DNA from: a virus
DNA length: 64,000 nucleotides
Reading direction: 5' to 3' (one strand)
Virus record (IMG/VR): IMGVR_UViG_3300020057_001229
Span: 1-64,000 of that record
Part shown: positions 10,222 to 19,721 of the stretch, piece by piece
Layout: each line of letters starts with the position of its first letter
Position numbering within the stretch: the first letter of the stretch is position 1
Notes under the pieces: model-generated
What the model was told of the DNA's origin: nothing
Seen by the model: only the letters and a program-made list of their open reading frames with translations
Database searches by the model: none
Made by a program: the position numbers and the translations under genes

Positions 10222-10536
10222 ATATCAATAAAATTCAACCTTTGCACTTTTGCCAAACAACTTTTTGAGTCTCTCTTCCGACGCCTCTTTATCTTCTTCG
10301 GACCCCAACCGGGACCTTCGCCGTGGTACCGCTCGTGCTCTTCCAACAAGTCTGCCGCAGCGTAGATCTTGTTACCTAAGTCGTGCCTGATCTTGTCTAA
10401 TTCCTCAGCCGTGTATACTTCTTGAGCAGACGACCCTAAGCCAATTTGCTTACCATTACCTTGCTCCGCTTCAAGCTCGGCAACAGCCGGTAAGTCTTCT
10501 TCGTTATTCATTTTTCAAAGATCCTTAATTGAAGGT

Positions 10537-10579
10537 AAAAAGAAAGAACCCCGCTTCCTAGTCGGAGAGCGGGGTTCTT
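10537..10579 (-). terminator. Attenuator terminator upstream of the Ser/Thr tRNA operon
   Basis: AAGAACCCCGCT/AGCGGGGTTCTT 12-bp stem followed by TCTTTTT. Confidence 0.85.
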
Positions 10580-10605
10580 ATATCGTGCAAACACGCCGTA
10601 AGAAG

Positions 10606-10668
10606 TCACCCGCCCTCGGTCGTCGAGGAGGTTGAGCAGCTACTTGTCGTGGAAACGAAATTCTTCAT
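10606..10668 (-). promoter_or_regulatory. Ser/Thr-rich leader peptide MKNFVSTTSSCSTSSTTEGG
   Basis: 11 of 20 codons are Ser/Thr; its 3' end GAGGGCGGG..TTCTTA can pair with the terminator 5' arm. Confidence 0.85.
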
Positions 10669-10706
10669 ACGTTGGATAATCTCACAAGCAAAAACGAAAC
10701 GCAAGC

Positions 10707-11102
10707 TCACTTAGATACGTAGTGGTAGCCAAGTGCAAAAGTTACTAACAATATGAAGCCCCAAAGGCTACCGAAAAGCAACCACTCTAGCCAACACCAA
10801 TCTTGGAGACCACGGTGCGTCCACAAGATCTCGACACTCTTCTTCTCAGTCTTCTTATGTTGGATTACGAGGACAGCAGAGCGGGGGACGAAAGTCTTTT
10901 CGTCGATCATAATGACTTCTCGGTGCTTGAAGGCGTACTCCATATCGAACTTGCGCCAAACGAGCGGACCTTTTTTGTAGTCGTACCAGTCCGCTTCTTC
11001 TTGGATCAGCTTCGTGTAGGTGTTACCTTTGAGGTCTGTGATCTCAAAGGTGTAGACGTTCACCTCTACATGACGCTGCTCAATTACCGTTTCCCACCGC
11101 AT
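10707..11102 (-). CDS. Hypothetical protein with C-terminal TM helix
   Basis: ORF probably starting MRWETV; hydrophobic C-terminus. Confidence 0.5.
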   Translation of the reverse strand: MRWETVIEQRHVEVNVYTFEITDLKGNTYTKLIQEEADWYDYKKGPLVWRKFDMEYAFKHREVIMIDEKTFVPRSAVLVIQHKKTEKKSVEILWTHRGLQDWCWLEWLLFGSLWGFILLVTFALGYHYVSK

Positions 11103-11595
11103 GGAACGCTCCAAGTCTGTAGAGATCTGTGATGTAGCGCTGGAAGCGTTCGACATCTTTCTCAGTTAATTTACGGTTCTTGAGCCTATCAAGCCTTGCG
11201 TTGTCTTTCATGTCAAGGATTTTGATCTTACGGGCAACGGGGCTCTTTTCAATATTTTGCAAATACTCTTCGTGGTCGAGACCATCTCTCTTAGTAAGAG
11301 CGTCTACGATTTTGAGTTGGCTCGAAGTCATTCCCAAGTTCTCAAGGTCAGGCAAAGACAAGAAAGTATCTTCGACGGCATCGTGGAGCACTCCGCAGAT
11401 CATTTCATCTTCGGTGCCGAGCTGTTCCATGACACGCAGCGGATGCCGGATGTAAGCGTTCTTCCCTTTGTCCTCTTGCGTGCCGTGAGCTACGACGGCG
11501 ATTGCAATCGCTTTCGGAAGCGTCATAGGTCCGTCAAGCAATTTCATAAAGCTTTGCATGAGAACATTTTTGGTTTGTTCGCTTAGAACCGCCAT
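11080..11595 (-). CDS. HD-domain hydrolase, RelA/SpoT (p)ppGpp-hydrolase-like
   Basis: AHGTQEDKG..YIRHP, LHDAVEDT, ALTK, KILDMKDN. Confidence 0.8.
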   Translation of the reverse strand: MAVLSEQTKNVLMQSFMKLLDGPMTLPKAIAIAVVAHGTQEDKGKNAYIRHPLRVMEQLGTEDEMICGVLHDAVEDTFLSLPDLENLGMTSSQLKIVDALTKRDGLDHEEYLQNIEKSPVARKIKILDMKDNARLDRLKNRKLTEKDVERFQRYITDLYRLGAFHAVGNGN

Positions 11596-11597
11596 CG

Positions 11598-11945
11598 TTA
11601 CTCCTCCTTGAAATACACCTTGTACGTGTTGCCGTTGTTGTCGGCTTTGAATATAAACCAGATCTTCTCTACGGCGTCTGAAATTGGATCGTAGATCTCG
11701 GAGACGTAAGGCACCTCCCGAAGATCGTCGCCGTCTTTGTACTCTGCCTTAGAAACTTTAAGGAACCAAGCGTAGGCTTTGTTGTACATCTGACAGCGGG
11801 CATTGATGTCGGAAGCTACTTGGTCTGCCCGCTCGCCGACATCTGCCGAACGCTCGAACCATTTCGTAATGGGTATGACGTGGGCATGGTGGCTGTCGCA
11901 AGGCGTCAGATCCGGGGAGCCGTCTTCATGGAGTACAGGGATCAT
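11598..11945 (-). CDS. Hypothetical protein
   Basis: ORF; probable start near MAMIPV (start approximate). Confidence 0.45.
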   Translation of the reverse strand: MIPVLHEDGSPDLTPCDSHHAHVIPITKWFERSADVGERADQVASDINARCQMYNKAYAWFLKVSKAEYKDGDDLREVPYVSEIYDPISDAVEKIWFIFKADNNGNTYKVYFKEE

Positions 11946-12087
11946 AGCCATACTTAACCCTTTCACATTTTGTCGGAAGTGGGCGAGTACGTCGCAGATA
12001 GTTTTTGCCGTGGCTTTTTCATAGCGACATCTTAGCAAGAGCTAGTCTACGATGTCTTCTTCAAACTCAATTTAGAAAGGTTTTTCT

Positions 12088-12468
12088 ATGACGATTAGCT
12101 ACCGCAAACTGGTAATGCAATCAGACCTCAACCCCGGAGGACGCCTCTTCGGTGGAGACTTGCTTCGTTGGGTGGATGAAGCGGCGGCTCTATATGCTTT
12201 CTGCCAACTACGCTCCTACAGAGTCGTCACTTTGAAGTTGAGCGAAAGCATTTTCAAAATACCAGTTGAGTTAGGTGACTTCTTGGAGTTTGACTGCACC
12301 GTGCTAAAGTTCGGCAAGACGAGCTTGACCATCCATGTGTCGGTCTGCACGAAGATCATCCGCAACATGGACGTAAGGCGGGAAGTATTCGCTACCGACG
12401 TGACGTTTGTTTCCATCGACGCCGATGGTACGCCTGTCGCACACGGCTGCACCGAAGTCAGGACGTAA
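12088..12468 (+). CDS. Acyl-CoA thioesterase (hotdog fold)
   Basis: DLNPGGRLFGGDLLRWVDEAA; GKTSL; FVSIDADG.P. Confidence 0.9.
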   Translation: MTISYRKLVMQSDLNPGGRLFGGDLLRWVDEAAALYAFCQLRSYRVVTLKLSESIFKIPVELGDFLEFDCTVLKFGKTSLTIHVSVCTKIIRNMDVRREVFATDVTFVSIDADGTPVAHGCTEVRT

Positions 12469-12509
12469 AAAACCCCGCTAACCGATGTCAGCGGGGCTTC
12501 GTCAACTAA

Positions 12510-12866
12510 TTACGCAGTAGCAGGTGCGGCTACGCCGAGCTGATTCATTTGCGTTTTCCAAAACGCTTCCCTGACCGGGATGTCATGTTGGTCGGGGATC
12601 AGTCCGAGTTCTTCAAGCTTATACCAGTAACCTGATCCCGGCTTCAGGGTGTCAGTCCTGATTATAAGCGAAGACAGCAGATGTTTCCCGGCAGCAGCAT
12701 CGACTTCCACCATTCGCCCTAGTGCCGTTGCTATCCAAATGCTACGAGGTGAGTGACCTCCTAGCAACTGAGCCAGCTCGTGGTAGTAAAGCGTCTTTTT
12801 CTGTTGGTGGAGATTCAGAAGGATCACGGTGAGACGGATAAGCAGAGAGTCGAATTTCTTGCTCAT
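12510..12866 (-). CDS. Hypothetical wHTH-like protein, paralogue of 15270-15644
   Basis: Y.EL...LG....LLS.(L/I)(I/V)I...T..PG..(Y/F) pattern shared by both. Confidence 0.6.
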   Translation of the reverse strand: MSKKFDSLLIRLTVILLNLHQQKKTLYYHELAQLLGGHSPRSIWIATALGRMVEVDAAAGKHLLSSLIIRTDTLKPGSGYWYKLEELGLIPDQHDIPVREAFWKTQMNQLGVAAPATA

Positions 12867-13150
12867 GGCAAGACTCCTTAGGATACTTGGTCTCCGGCAT
12901 GAAGCTCCGAAATGGAGCTGTATAAGCCGCAGAACATTATGTAGGATGTAGTTACATTGGTAGGAGTTGCAAAGTCAATGGTAATCTTTAAAAGATATCG
13001 TTCGGCTCTTAAAAACTATGGTTCAACTATATGAGGCGAGTAGGCTACGTAGCCGTTTTATTCGCTGCTGTTTCAGCAGCTTGCTTCTTCCACCCCATAG
13101 TGGTCGGAGGTTTCGGCTACGCCTGCGTAGGATATCTGATCGGATATTAT

Positions 13151-13198
13151 CAAAACCCAGCGTAAAACCCCCGGCTTTAGCCGTGGGGAGGATGTCAA
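13151..13198 (+). mobile_element. 48-bp IS200/IS605 mini-element (left-end/right-end chimera, PATE-like)
   Basis: TTAT|CAAAACCCAGCGTAAAACCCCCGGCTTTAGCCGTGGGGAGGATGTCAA. Confidence 0.85.
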
Positions 13199-13455
13199 TT
13201 GTGTATTTCCGAGAACGTCGCCAGTTTTCACGAATGACCTCATTGCAGGTATTCCAGACGAGGTTGACCTGCCCGGCGAATCCCTTCAGCAGGTTTCTTT
13301 TGTTTTGATCTTTTAGACGAAACCTGTAGGTCAATATCATGTGGCACCTGTACGCAAGAGTAGCTGTGGAAGCTAGCGCAATTCATCCCCTCCCTACGTC
13401 TTACCGCTCGTCTCGGGGAGCCGTCGCGACGAGAGGGAGGGGACTTCTTGCTGGA
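13199..13455 (-). pseudogene. tnpB: Truncated second tnpB element (left end plus first ~48 codons)
   Basis: MILTYRFRLKD...NLVWN...ENWRRSRKYT is homologous to 2066-2326; upstream AAGAAGTCCCC...GGGGATGAATT left-end motif. Confidence 0.8.
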
Positions 13456-13476
13456 ATAAGTTAAAACCACGCCTGT

Positions 13477-14043
13477 TCAGAGACCTTTGACGTTGATCTC
13501 GAACTCGCCACGCTTCAAGCGGATAATGTTTTCAACTTTGTAATTACGGACCATGACGGGGTTTGCGAGCCCTTGGTGGCTCATCTCTTCGTCTTCCTCT
13601 TCACGCTTCGGCGGCAAGAACTCGGCGTAGAGATCTTGAAACTCAGACGGCGAATGACGCCTGCCGTCACCGTCGATGACGTAGACTTCGTATTTAAATG
13701 CGTGACAAAGGTTCGGGTAGACTCTGAGGTAAAACTGCTCACGGTCTTTGTGCTTGTAAAGAATAAGCGAGCTGTTGACGGGCAAACAGTAGGTGCGGTC
13801 AGCTTGGAAGTCAGCTTCTTTGCCTTCTTTCACGAGACGGTTGTTGACGGCAGCTTCGTAGTTGTTGCCGAGCGACACCGTAGTCATGATGAACTTTTGA
13901 GCTTGCTCGACATTGGCAGGCGTTGCCACTTTTGTAAGTCGGCTCTTCTTCAACGCCTTGACGGGCGTAAGAGCCTCAAAGCTAAAGATGCCTTTGATGT
14001 CTAGTCCGTAAATTTCGGCAAGCACCTCTTGTTGTGTCATCAT
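13477..14043 (-). CDS. Hypothetical phage protein
   Basis: 188-aa ORF with SD. Confidence 0.65.
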   Translation of the reverse strand: MMTQQEVLAEIYGLDIKGIFSFEALTPVKALKKSRLTKVATPANVEQAQKFIMTTVSLGNNYEAAVNNRLVKEGKEADFQADRTYCLPVNSSLILYKHKDREQFYLRVYPNLCHAFKYEVYVIDGDGRRHSPSEFQDLYAEFLPPKREEEDEEMSHQGLANPVMVRNYKVENIIRLKRGEFEINVKGL

Positions 14044-14367
14044 TGAGCGTCTAATCCTTTATAATTATGTCGTGGTAGAAACGCAGGAGCTAGACCTGAG
14101 TCTCGACCTTACTTCTTTAGCTTTGGAATGCGGCTGAGAATTTCGAAAACCGCAGCAGAGGCTTCTTGCGAAGCTTTCGCAGGGGCGATGGCTTTACGAG
14201 TTTTGTAGAGAATACGGATGTAGCCCATTGCATTTTGCCTTTCCGTTTTGTTGATAGGGACTTATCGGCAGTCCGTTTCAAACCTTGAGCAAAATCTCCT
14301 AAGTACCAGTAAACCAATTGGTTTTTAAGTACCCGTAATTTACAGCCGTTGCTAATTCTAGTGTCCA

Positions 14368-14778
14368 TTATTCGCTCCAGTCTAAGGCTCTGAAAATGTC
14401 TCGGAACTCTGGTGCAAGACCATCGAACCGCTCAGCACCCCGATACTGAAGTAAATTAAGACTCAAAACCTTAGCCATATCTTGTTGATTCAAATAGGCA
14501 CAGAAGCGGAGAAAGCGCAGCTCTTTATGTGTGAGACGACCATCGCCCCTTAAGACCTCTTGGACTTTTTTTAGTTCGAGCTTGCGCTCAAAGCCAGGAG
14601 CATAAAACGCTGCGTGACAACTGTGACAAAGAACAAAATCTAATTCAAGTTGTTCTCTCACATCTAAATTATGCCAAAGGTGAATACCAACACGCTTCTC
14701 GAAAACAAAACTACCACCACACTCGTCGTCGCTGTGTCCGTGTCCAAACATTGAATCGTAGAAGCTAAGTGTTCGCAT
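14368..14778 (-). CDS. MqsA/YgiT-like zinc-finger plus HTH protein
   Basis: CGG...CHSC, then LTHKELRFLR...NQQDMAKVL HTH-like segment. Confidence 0.5.
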   Translation of the reverse strand: MRTLSFYDSMFGHGHSDDECGGSFVFEKRVGIHLWHNLDVREQLELDFVLCHSCHAAFYAPGFERKLELKKVQEVLRGDGRLTHKELRFLRFCAYLNQQDMAKVLSLNLLQYRGAERFDGLAPEFRDIFRALDWSE

Positions 14779-14791
14779 GATGTCTTCTGAC

Positions 14792-15256
14792 TTATTTAAT
14801 TGGCTCTAGCAAAGCTGCTCCAGGCATTCTCGTAACTTTGCATGGAACTAACGCCGTAACACGTTTGATGACATCTTGAGCACGCTCAGGATGCTCACGT
14901 TCACGTCCTTTAAGACGCACCGTGATTTTCACTTTGTCGCCACGCTCAAGAAATTTCTTGATGTGGTTTACTTTCGTTTCAAGATCGTGGTCAGCGATGT
15001 TGACTTTGAATTGAACTTCTTTCAGCTCCGAAACGACTTGCTTCTTTTTCTCTTTCCGCTTTTCGTACTCAAGTTTTTTCAAATCGAGAATACGAACGAC
15101 GAACGGAACAGACTTGTCGCTTACAATCACAAGATCGAGACCTTGATCTTCAGCAAGCCTAAGTGCAACGTCGGTTGACACTACTTCGTTGGTATCGTTA
15201 CTGATGAGACGGACTTTAGGAACATTACGGGCTTGCTGTCTTGTGAGAACTTCCAA
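14792..15256 (-). CDS. infC: Translation initiation factor IF3
   Basis: VRLI, AL.LAEDQGLDLV, LKEVQF, IADHDLETK, FLERGDKVK, GRE; probable TTG start after GAGGTG. Confidence 0.92.
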   Translation of the reverse strand: MEVLTRQQARNVPKVRLISNDTNEVVSTDVALRLAEDQGLDLVIVSDKSVPFVVRILDLKKLEYEKRKEKKKQVVSELKEVQFKVNIADHDLETKVNHIKKFLERGDKVKITVRLKGREREHPERAQDVIKRVTALVPCKVTRMPGAALLEPIK

Positions 15257-15269
15257 AAAATTACACCTC

Positions 15270-15644
15270 TTATTGTTTGTATGCCGCAAAGACCGCCGTG
15301 ACCTCTGCTGACCAATCTGCTAACTTGTCACCACTGTTGCGGTGGACAAGTTCTAGTAGTGGATAAAAATCTTTTCCGGGATTACCCGTTGTGGCGTTGA
15401 TGACGATAGCGGAAAGAAGCACGCCCCTGAGGTCTGCCGAAATTCGAGAGCACGCACCTAAGATCCGCCAAAGCTCAAAGCTCTCGGCGGGCAAGCTGAC
15501 GACGGCTCCAACCGGACTATAGTGCGTCACACTCTTTTTCACCGCCATGTATTCAAGATAGCCGTACACTTTAATCACCTTGAGGGGATCAAGCTTGGGG
15601 TCAATCTCAAAGCGAGACAGACATGACTCCGTAGTCAAATCCAT
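15270..15644 (-). CDS. Hypothetical wHTH-like protein, paralogue of 12510-12866
   Basis: Shared motif with 12510-12866; GGAGG SD. Confidence 0.6.
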   Translation of the reverse strand: MDLTTESCLSRFEIDPKLDPLKVIKVYGYLEYMAVKKSVTHYSPVGAVVSLPAESFELWRILGACSRISADLRGVLLSAIVINATTGNPGKDFYPLLELVHRNSGDKLADWSAEVTAVFAAYKQ

Positions 15645-15728
15645 AAAAAAGCCTCCACATGCGGAATGGGGAGGAGAGTATCACGAATATTGACTATGGT
15701 AAATGTCTAAAAATCCTGTAGTGTTGTG

Positions 15729-15805
15729 TGGTTGCGGGAGCGTGAGTCGAACACGCCGAGCTTTAGGTTATGAGCCTAACGAGCCTCCCTTGCTCCATTC
15801 CCGCT
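15729..15805 (-). tRNA. tRNA-Met(CAU), initiator-like
   Basis: Loop CTCATAA; unpaired 1:72 position; CCA; TTGACT-N17-TAGATT promoter directly upstream. Confidence 0.85.
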
Positions 15806-15850
15806 GAAACCTAATCTACACCAGATCTTCGTGGAGTCAAGACAACGCAA

Positions 15851-15882
15851 CAAAAAAGGCGCTCCGTGAAGAGCGCCTTTTT
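15851..15882. terminator. Bidirectional intrinsic terminator
   Basis: AAAAAAGGCGCTC-CGTGAA-GAGCGCCTTTTT. Confidence 0.8.
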
Positions 15883-15899
15883 AAGTCAGAGACCCAAGC

Positions 15900-16358
15900 T
15901 TAGTTCGAGTCGTTGCCGTCTGGATCGACTGGCTTAGCGACGAGCGTGGTGTACGTCTGACCGTCGTCGCCAGTGATAAAGGCGAAGGTGTAAGTCGTCA
16001 CAGTCTCATTACACTCAGTCAGCGGTTCGTCGCTCCACGTAGGAACGAGCGAGCCGCGAGCGGTGCCCAGCGTACCTGCGGTACGGTAGCCAACGGAGAG
16101 GTTCGGCGAGTAGTCGGCGTCGTTCGTCTGAAGGCGGTAGAGTACCGATGTGTACTGCTGAACCCGCGTAACTTGCGCGAAGTCACCGACTCCCCACTCA
16201 CTGGTGACGATCATCGTTTGCGGGAGAAGGTTCTCGACGCAGACTTGGGCAAAGCGAGCTTCTTGGTCACCGTCGTCGCGTGTCTCAGCAACTTTCGTTG
16301 CGGCGAACGCGGGCACGGCAAGGAGGACTGCGGCTACTGAAAGAAGAAGGCGTTTCAT
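15900..16358 (-). CDS. Secreted hypothetical protein
   Basis: MKRLLLSVAAVLLAVPAFA signal peptide. Confidence 0.65.
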   Translation of the reverse strand: MKRLLLSVAAVLLAVPAFAATKVAETRDDGDQEARFAQVCVENLLPQTMIVTSEWGVGDFAQVTRVQQYTSVLYRLQTNDADYSPNLSVGYRTAGTLGTARGSLVPTWSDEPLTECNETVTTYTFAFITGDDGQTYTTLVAKPVDPDGNDSN

Positions 16359-16503
16359 GGGGGAACCTTTCAAAAGGGGGATTGGATAAGTCCCACCGTA
16401 GACCACGCATTAGAGACGGGCAAGAATTTTTCGATAAAAATGGTAGCTATCATTTAGGAGAACTAAAGGTGTGCAAAAGGAGGACAGCTCAAAGGAGGAC
16501 AGC

Positions 16504-16935
16504 TTAAAACTTGTGCGACTCCGCTACGGCTAAAGCGTCTACGCGGTCGTTGTCAGGATCGCCCGAATGCCCTTTGACCCACCGCCAAGAGACGTTGTGG
16601 TGCTCGACGAGCTTGTCTAATACAAGCCACAGGTCTTGATTCTTGACATCACCCGTGCTGCTTTTCCAACCTTTTTTCTTCCAGCCAACGATCCAACCCT
16701 TGACGAAGGCGTCCATAACGTATTTCGAGTCAGTGATGACTTCGACTTCGACGGGCTCTTTGAGCGCTTCAAGACCTCTGATGACGGCGACAAGCTCCAT
16801 CCTATTGTTGGTGGTAGCTGGATCTCCACCTTGGAGTATTTTCTCGACGCCGTTGTACCGAAGGATGGTCGCCCATCCCCCAGGTCCGGGGTTTTTGCGG
16901 CAAGCGCCGTCCGTAATCATCGTGATCTTTTTCAC
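16504..16935 (-). CDS. rnhA: Ribonuclease HI
   Basis: [41 protein letters not shown]. Confidence 0.95.
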   Translation of the reverse strand: MKKITMITDGACRKNPGPGGWATILRYNGVEKILQGGDPATTNNRMELVAVIRGLEALKEPVEVEVITDSKYVMDAFVKGWIVGWKKKGWKSSTGDVKNQDLWLVLDKLVEHHNVSWRWVKGHSGDPDNDRVDALAVAESHKF

Positions 16936-16984
16936 TGTGAACTCGCTACTTGAAGTAACTGGCGACTTATTGCATTATTTATCT

Positions 16985-17758
16985 ATGACTCAAACGGATA
17001 CATTCAGCCAGCTTTTCCATGGAGATTGCCTTTCGATAATGAAGGCTTTACCTGATGGTTCCGTAGACCTTATCTTAGCCGATTTGCCTTACGGCACCAC
17101 GGAACTTAGTTGGGACTCGATCATTCCGCTTGAAGCCTTGTGGGCAGAATATTGGAGAGTTCTTAAACCTAAAAATGCCGTTGTTCTTTTTGGCTGCGAG
17201 CCGTTCTCGTCGCTTCTGCGAATGTCGCAGATCAAAGCTTACCGCTACGATTTCGTGTGGGTAAAGAATGGTGTTACTGGCTTTCCTAACGCGAAACACC
17301 GACCTTTAAAACAGTCGGAGCGGATTTCTGTATTTAGTAAAGGTCTCGCAAGACCAAACGCAGGGGATAAAGCGATGCCCTATAACCCTCAAGGTCTGAC
17401 GACTATTCAAAAGACTGTGAAGAACTCGAACGTCGAGCGTTCGACTTGGTGTACGCGCCCGAACCATCGACCACCGTCATACACTCAGACGCAGACGGGT
17501 TACCCTAGAGATGTTCTTTTCTACAACCGTGAGACGGGACTACATCCCACACAAAAACCTGTTCTGCTGCTCGAATACCTAATAAAAACCTACAGCAGTC
17601 AAAGTGAAGTAGTTCTTGACAACTGCATGGGGAGCGGTAGCGCTGGGGTAGCTGCTCATAATACGGGCAGATCTTTTGTCGGCATTGAGCAGGACGAAAC
17701 GTACTTCAAACTTGCATCAGACCGTATCCGAGAGAACCATCTTAGACGGTCTGCTTAG
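16985..17758 (+). CDS. Beta-class N6-adenine/N4-cytosine DNA methyltransferase
   Basis: DLPYG, HPTQKPV, VLDNCMGSGS; probable ATG at 16985. Confidence 0.92.
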   Translation: MTQTDTFSQLFHGDCLSIMKALPDGSVDLILADLPYGTTELSWDSIIPLEALWAEYWRVLKPKNAVVLFGCEPFSSLLRMSQIKAYRYDFVWVKNGVTGFPNAKHRPLKQSERISVFSKGLARPNAGDKAMPYNPQGLTTIQKTVKNSNVERSTWCTRPNHRPPSYTQTQTGYPRDVLFYNRETGLHPTQKPVLLLEYLIKTYSSQSEVVLDNCMGSGSAGVAAHNTGRSFVGIEQDETYFKLASDRIRENHLRRSA

Positions 17759-18331
17759 CATCGCTTTGCGACTCTTCAAGAAATCGCGACCGCTGAACAA
17801 GGACAAACTGATGTTGCTGTCGTGCATCATGTCCTCGGCTGAGGTCGCTGCAACGACCTTGGTCGTCGTCTTGGCAAAAAGGAATAGAACAGCTTTGAAG
17901 GCTTCCCCTTTGCGTGTTTCGACAACTATAAACCCTGAAGTTTTGGTCCCGTAGCCACCTTGCGGGACCGATCTACCTTTCCCTTTTATGACCTTTACGG
18001 CATCGATGTTGGTCTCAGTAAAGACAACACGCACATCGTGTGGAATCGAGGGGTCTTTGCTGGTCGCGTTCGTGATAAGGAGATGCGAGAAAAGTTTTGT
18101 CACTGCGCCTCTTGCGCGTGGTGATGTGGCTATCACAGCACGCTCACGCAAATCTTTGAGGTGCTTTTTAGAAAATTCTCGAACGGAAGCAGTCACATCG
18201 CGCTTTTGCTCAACGTTCCGCGCCGTCTTGATGGCGGCGCTCTTCACGCGTCTCGCGATGTTGTCCGTCCCTAAGGGTTCAAGTCTACTGATAAAGGGCA
18301 GTTCATGACCTGGCATATCAACCTCCATCAT
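17717..18331 (-). CDS. Hypothetical basic protein coupled to the helicase-like ORF
   Basis: 204-aa ORF overlapping the end of 18318-19721. Confidence 0.55.
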   Translation of the reverse strand: MMEVDMPGHELPFISRLEPLGTDNIARRVKSAAIKTARNVEQKRDVTASVREFSKKHLKDLRERAVIATSPRARGAVTKLFSHLLITNATSKDPSIPHDVRVVFTETNIDAVKVIKGKGRSVPQGGYGTKTSGFIVVETRKGEAFKAVLFLFAKTTTKVVAATSAEDMMHDSNISLSLFSGRDFLKSRKAMLSRPSKMVLSDTV

Positions 18332-19721
18332 TAAGGTATCTTAGATAACGCCGAACTCTCTCTGCGTCTGCATACAGGTGAATTTCCGTGTTGTCGGTGA
18401 AACCACAAAAACGCCCCCCAAGACCTTGCATCTCAGTGTCGAGGTTCACACCCGAGTCAAAACCACCCCAAACTTTGTCTTTTTCAGGAAGGTTGACACC
18501 CACCCGTAGAAATCCTAAAATGACCACAAGACACGGCTTTTCAACCTTTACCAACCAATCCTTCATAGGATAGTCTTTTTGACGGTGTTGGTCATAGATG
18601 ACAACGTCAAAAGCTTTCCCGAACTTCTTAAGACAGTGCTTCTTAATCGCCGCAGCTTGTCTACCGTTACCGACTCTCAAATATGAGATGAACCTTTTCT
18701 TCGTGAAGATCGAAGCAAAGTGGTCTAGGAACGTAACGCCGACAGAAGTGATCGTCACAGGCTTATAGGCTTGTTTGCCCCGTATTTTACCACCACCCCT
18801 GAGAGCGGGGCTTCCTCCTGTGTCAGTTAATTGGAGTCGATCTATGCCGTAGTAGCCCTCGAAGTCAAGTACCTCTTTAGGGATACTTAAAGTGAGAAAG
18901 TGGTTCGCCGCAATTTCGCTTCCCTCGACCGCAAAAGCTGTGGCGCTCATAACTATGATGAAGCACCCTGGATCAGACATTGCTTCTGAAAATACGTTCC
19001 GACTAACTAGACTTCCAGATTCAGATCCAAAGTGGATCTCATCTACGATAAGGAGAGAAAGCATCGTGCTTTCCGAATTGTGAAGTCCTGCCTTAGTCTT
19101 GGGTAGGTAAGCGTCGGGGTTTATCTCACAGATTTTTATCTTGTCGCTATCCTTATTCTCTTTGTTCTGAAGCGTGCTCACGAAATGAGCGCTGATTTCA
19201 CCAAGCATTAGCTCGTACTCAGGGGGGAGTTTGACAGTAGGCAGAAACTTTAACCAGAAAAGAACGGCACGAGCGAAGTCTGCTTTTCCGGCTTGAAACG
19301 GGAACGGAATTAAAACCCCTTTCAAGCGCGCCTTGTCATAAAAGCAAGCGACATAGATGTCAATGACAATAAGCGCAGCAACAAGCGCCTGGCGAAAAAG
19401 AAAGGAGCGGGTGCCGTCAACTCCTACTATGCTCAACCCACGCTTGTCAAGCTCGACCGCGCCGCTCTTCAAAGTTAGATCAATCAGGGCACTGCTACGA
19501 GAGCTGCAATAGAAGTCCACACCTTTGAAACGATTGCTCTTTTTTAGCTTCTCAATCCACTGCCTGTAGCAAATCGGCAGGGTATACGCCGCGATTTTTG
19601 CCTTACTGACCTCTTTCGTTACAGCCATTGCGCTGCTTTTCTTTGTAGTAGACGCCGCTCGTACCATGTTCGTACCTCTCAGCTTGAGATGTTCATTTAC
19701 AGAGCACCTATATGGCTCCAA
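18318..19721 (-). CDS. Divergent SF2 helicase/ATPase-like protein
   Basis: QAGKA (degenerate Walker A), IVDEIH, MSAT, LRVGVNL, QGLGGRFCG. Confidence 0.6.
   Translation of the reverse strand: MEPYRCSVNEHLKLRGTNMVRAASTTKKSSAMAVTKEVSKAKIAAYTLPICYRQWIEKLKKSNRFKGVDFYCSSRSSALIDLTLKSGAVELDKRGLSIVGVDGTRSFLFRQALVAALIVIDIYVACFYDKARLKGVLIPFPFQAGKADFARAVLFWLKFLPTVKLPPEYELMLGEISAHFVSTLQNKENKDSDKIKICEINPDAYLPKTKAGLHNSESTMLSLLIVDEIHFGSESGSLVSRNVFSEAMSDPGCFIIVMSATAFAVEGSEIAANHFLTLSIPKEVLDFEGYYGIDRLQLTDTGGSPALRGGGKIRGKQAYKPVTITSVGVTFLDHFASIFTKKRFISYLRVGNGRQAAAIKKHCLKKFGKAFDVVIYDQHRQKDYPMKDWLVKVEKPCLVVILGFLRVGVNLPEKDKVWGGFDSGVNLDTEMQGLGGRFCGFTDNTEIHLYADAERVRRYLRYLNDGG

Noticed and set aside
13023-13340. 105-aa ORF as a real gene
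   Set aside because: A chimera of the tnpB 5' fragment, the mini-element and antisense flank.
15806-15850. Leader peptide for tRNA-Met
   Set aside because: None found; the promoter abuts the tRNA.
16643-16984. N-terminal extension of the methyltransferase ORF
   Set aside because: Antisense shadow of rnhA; MTase homology starts near ATG 16985.
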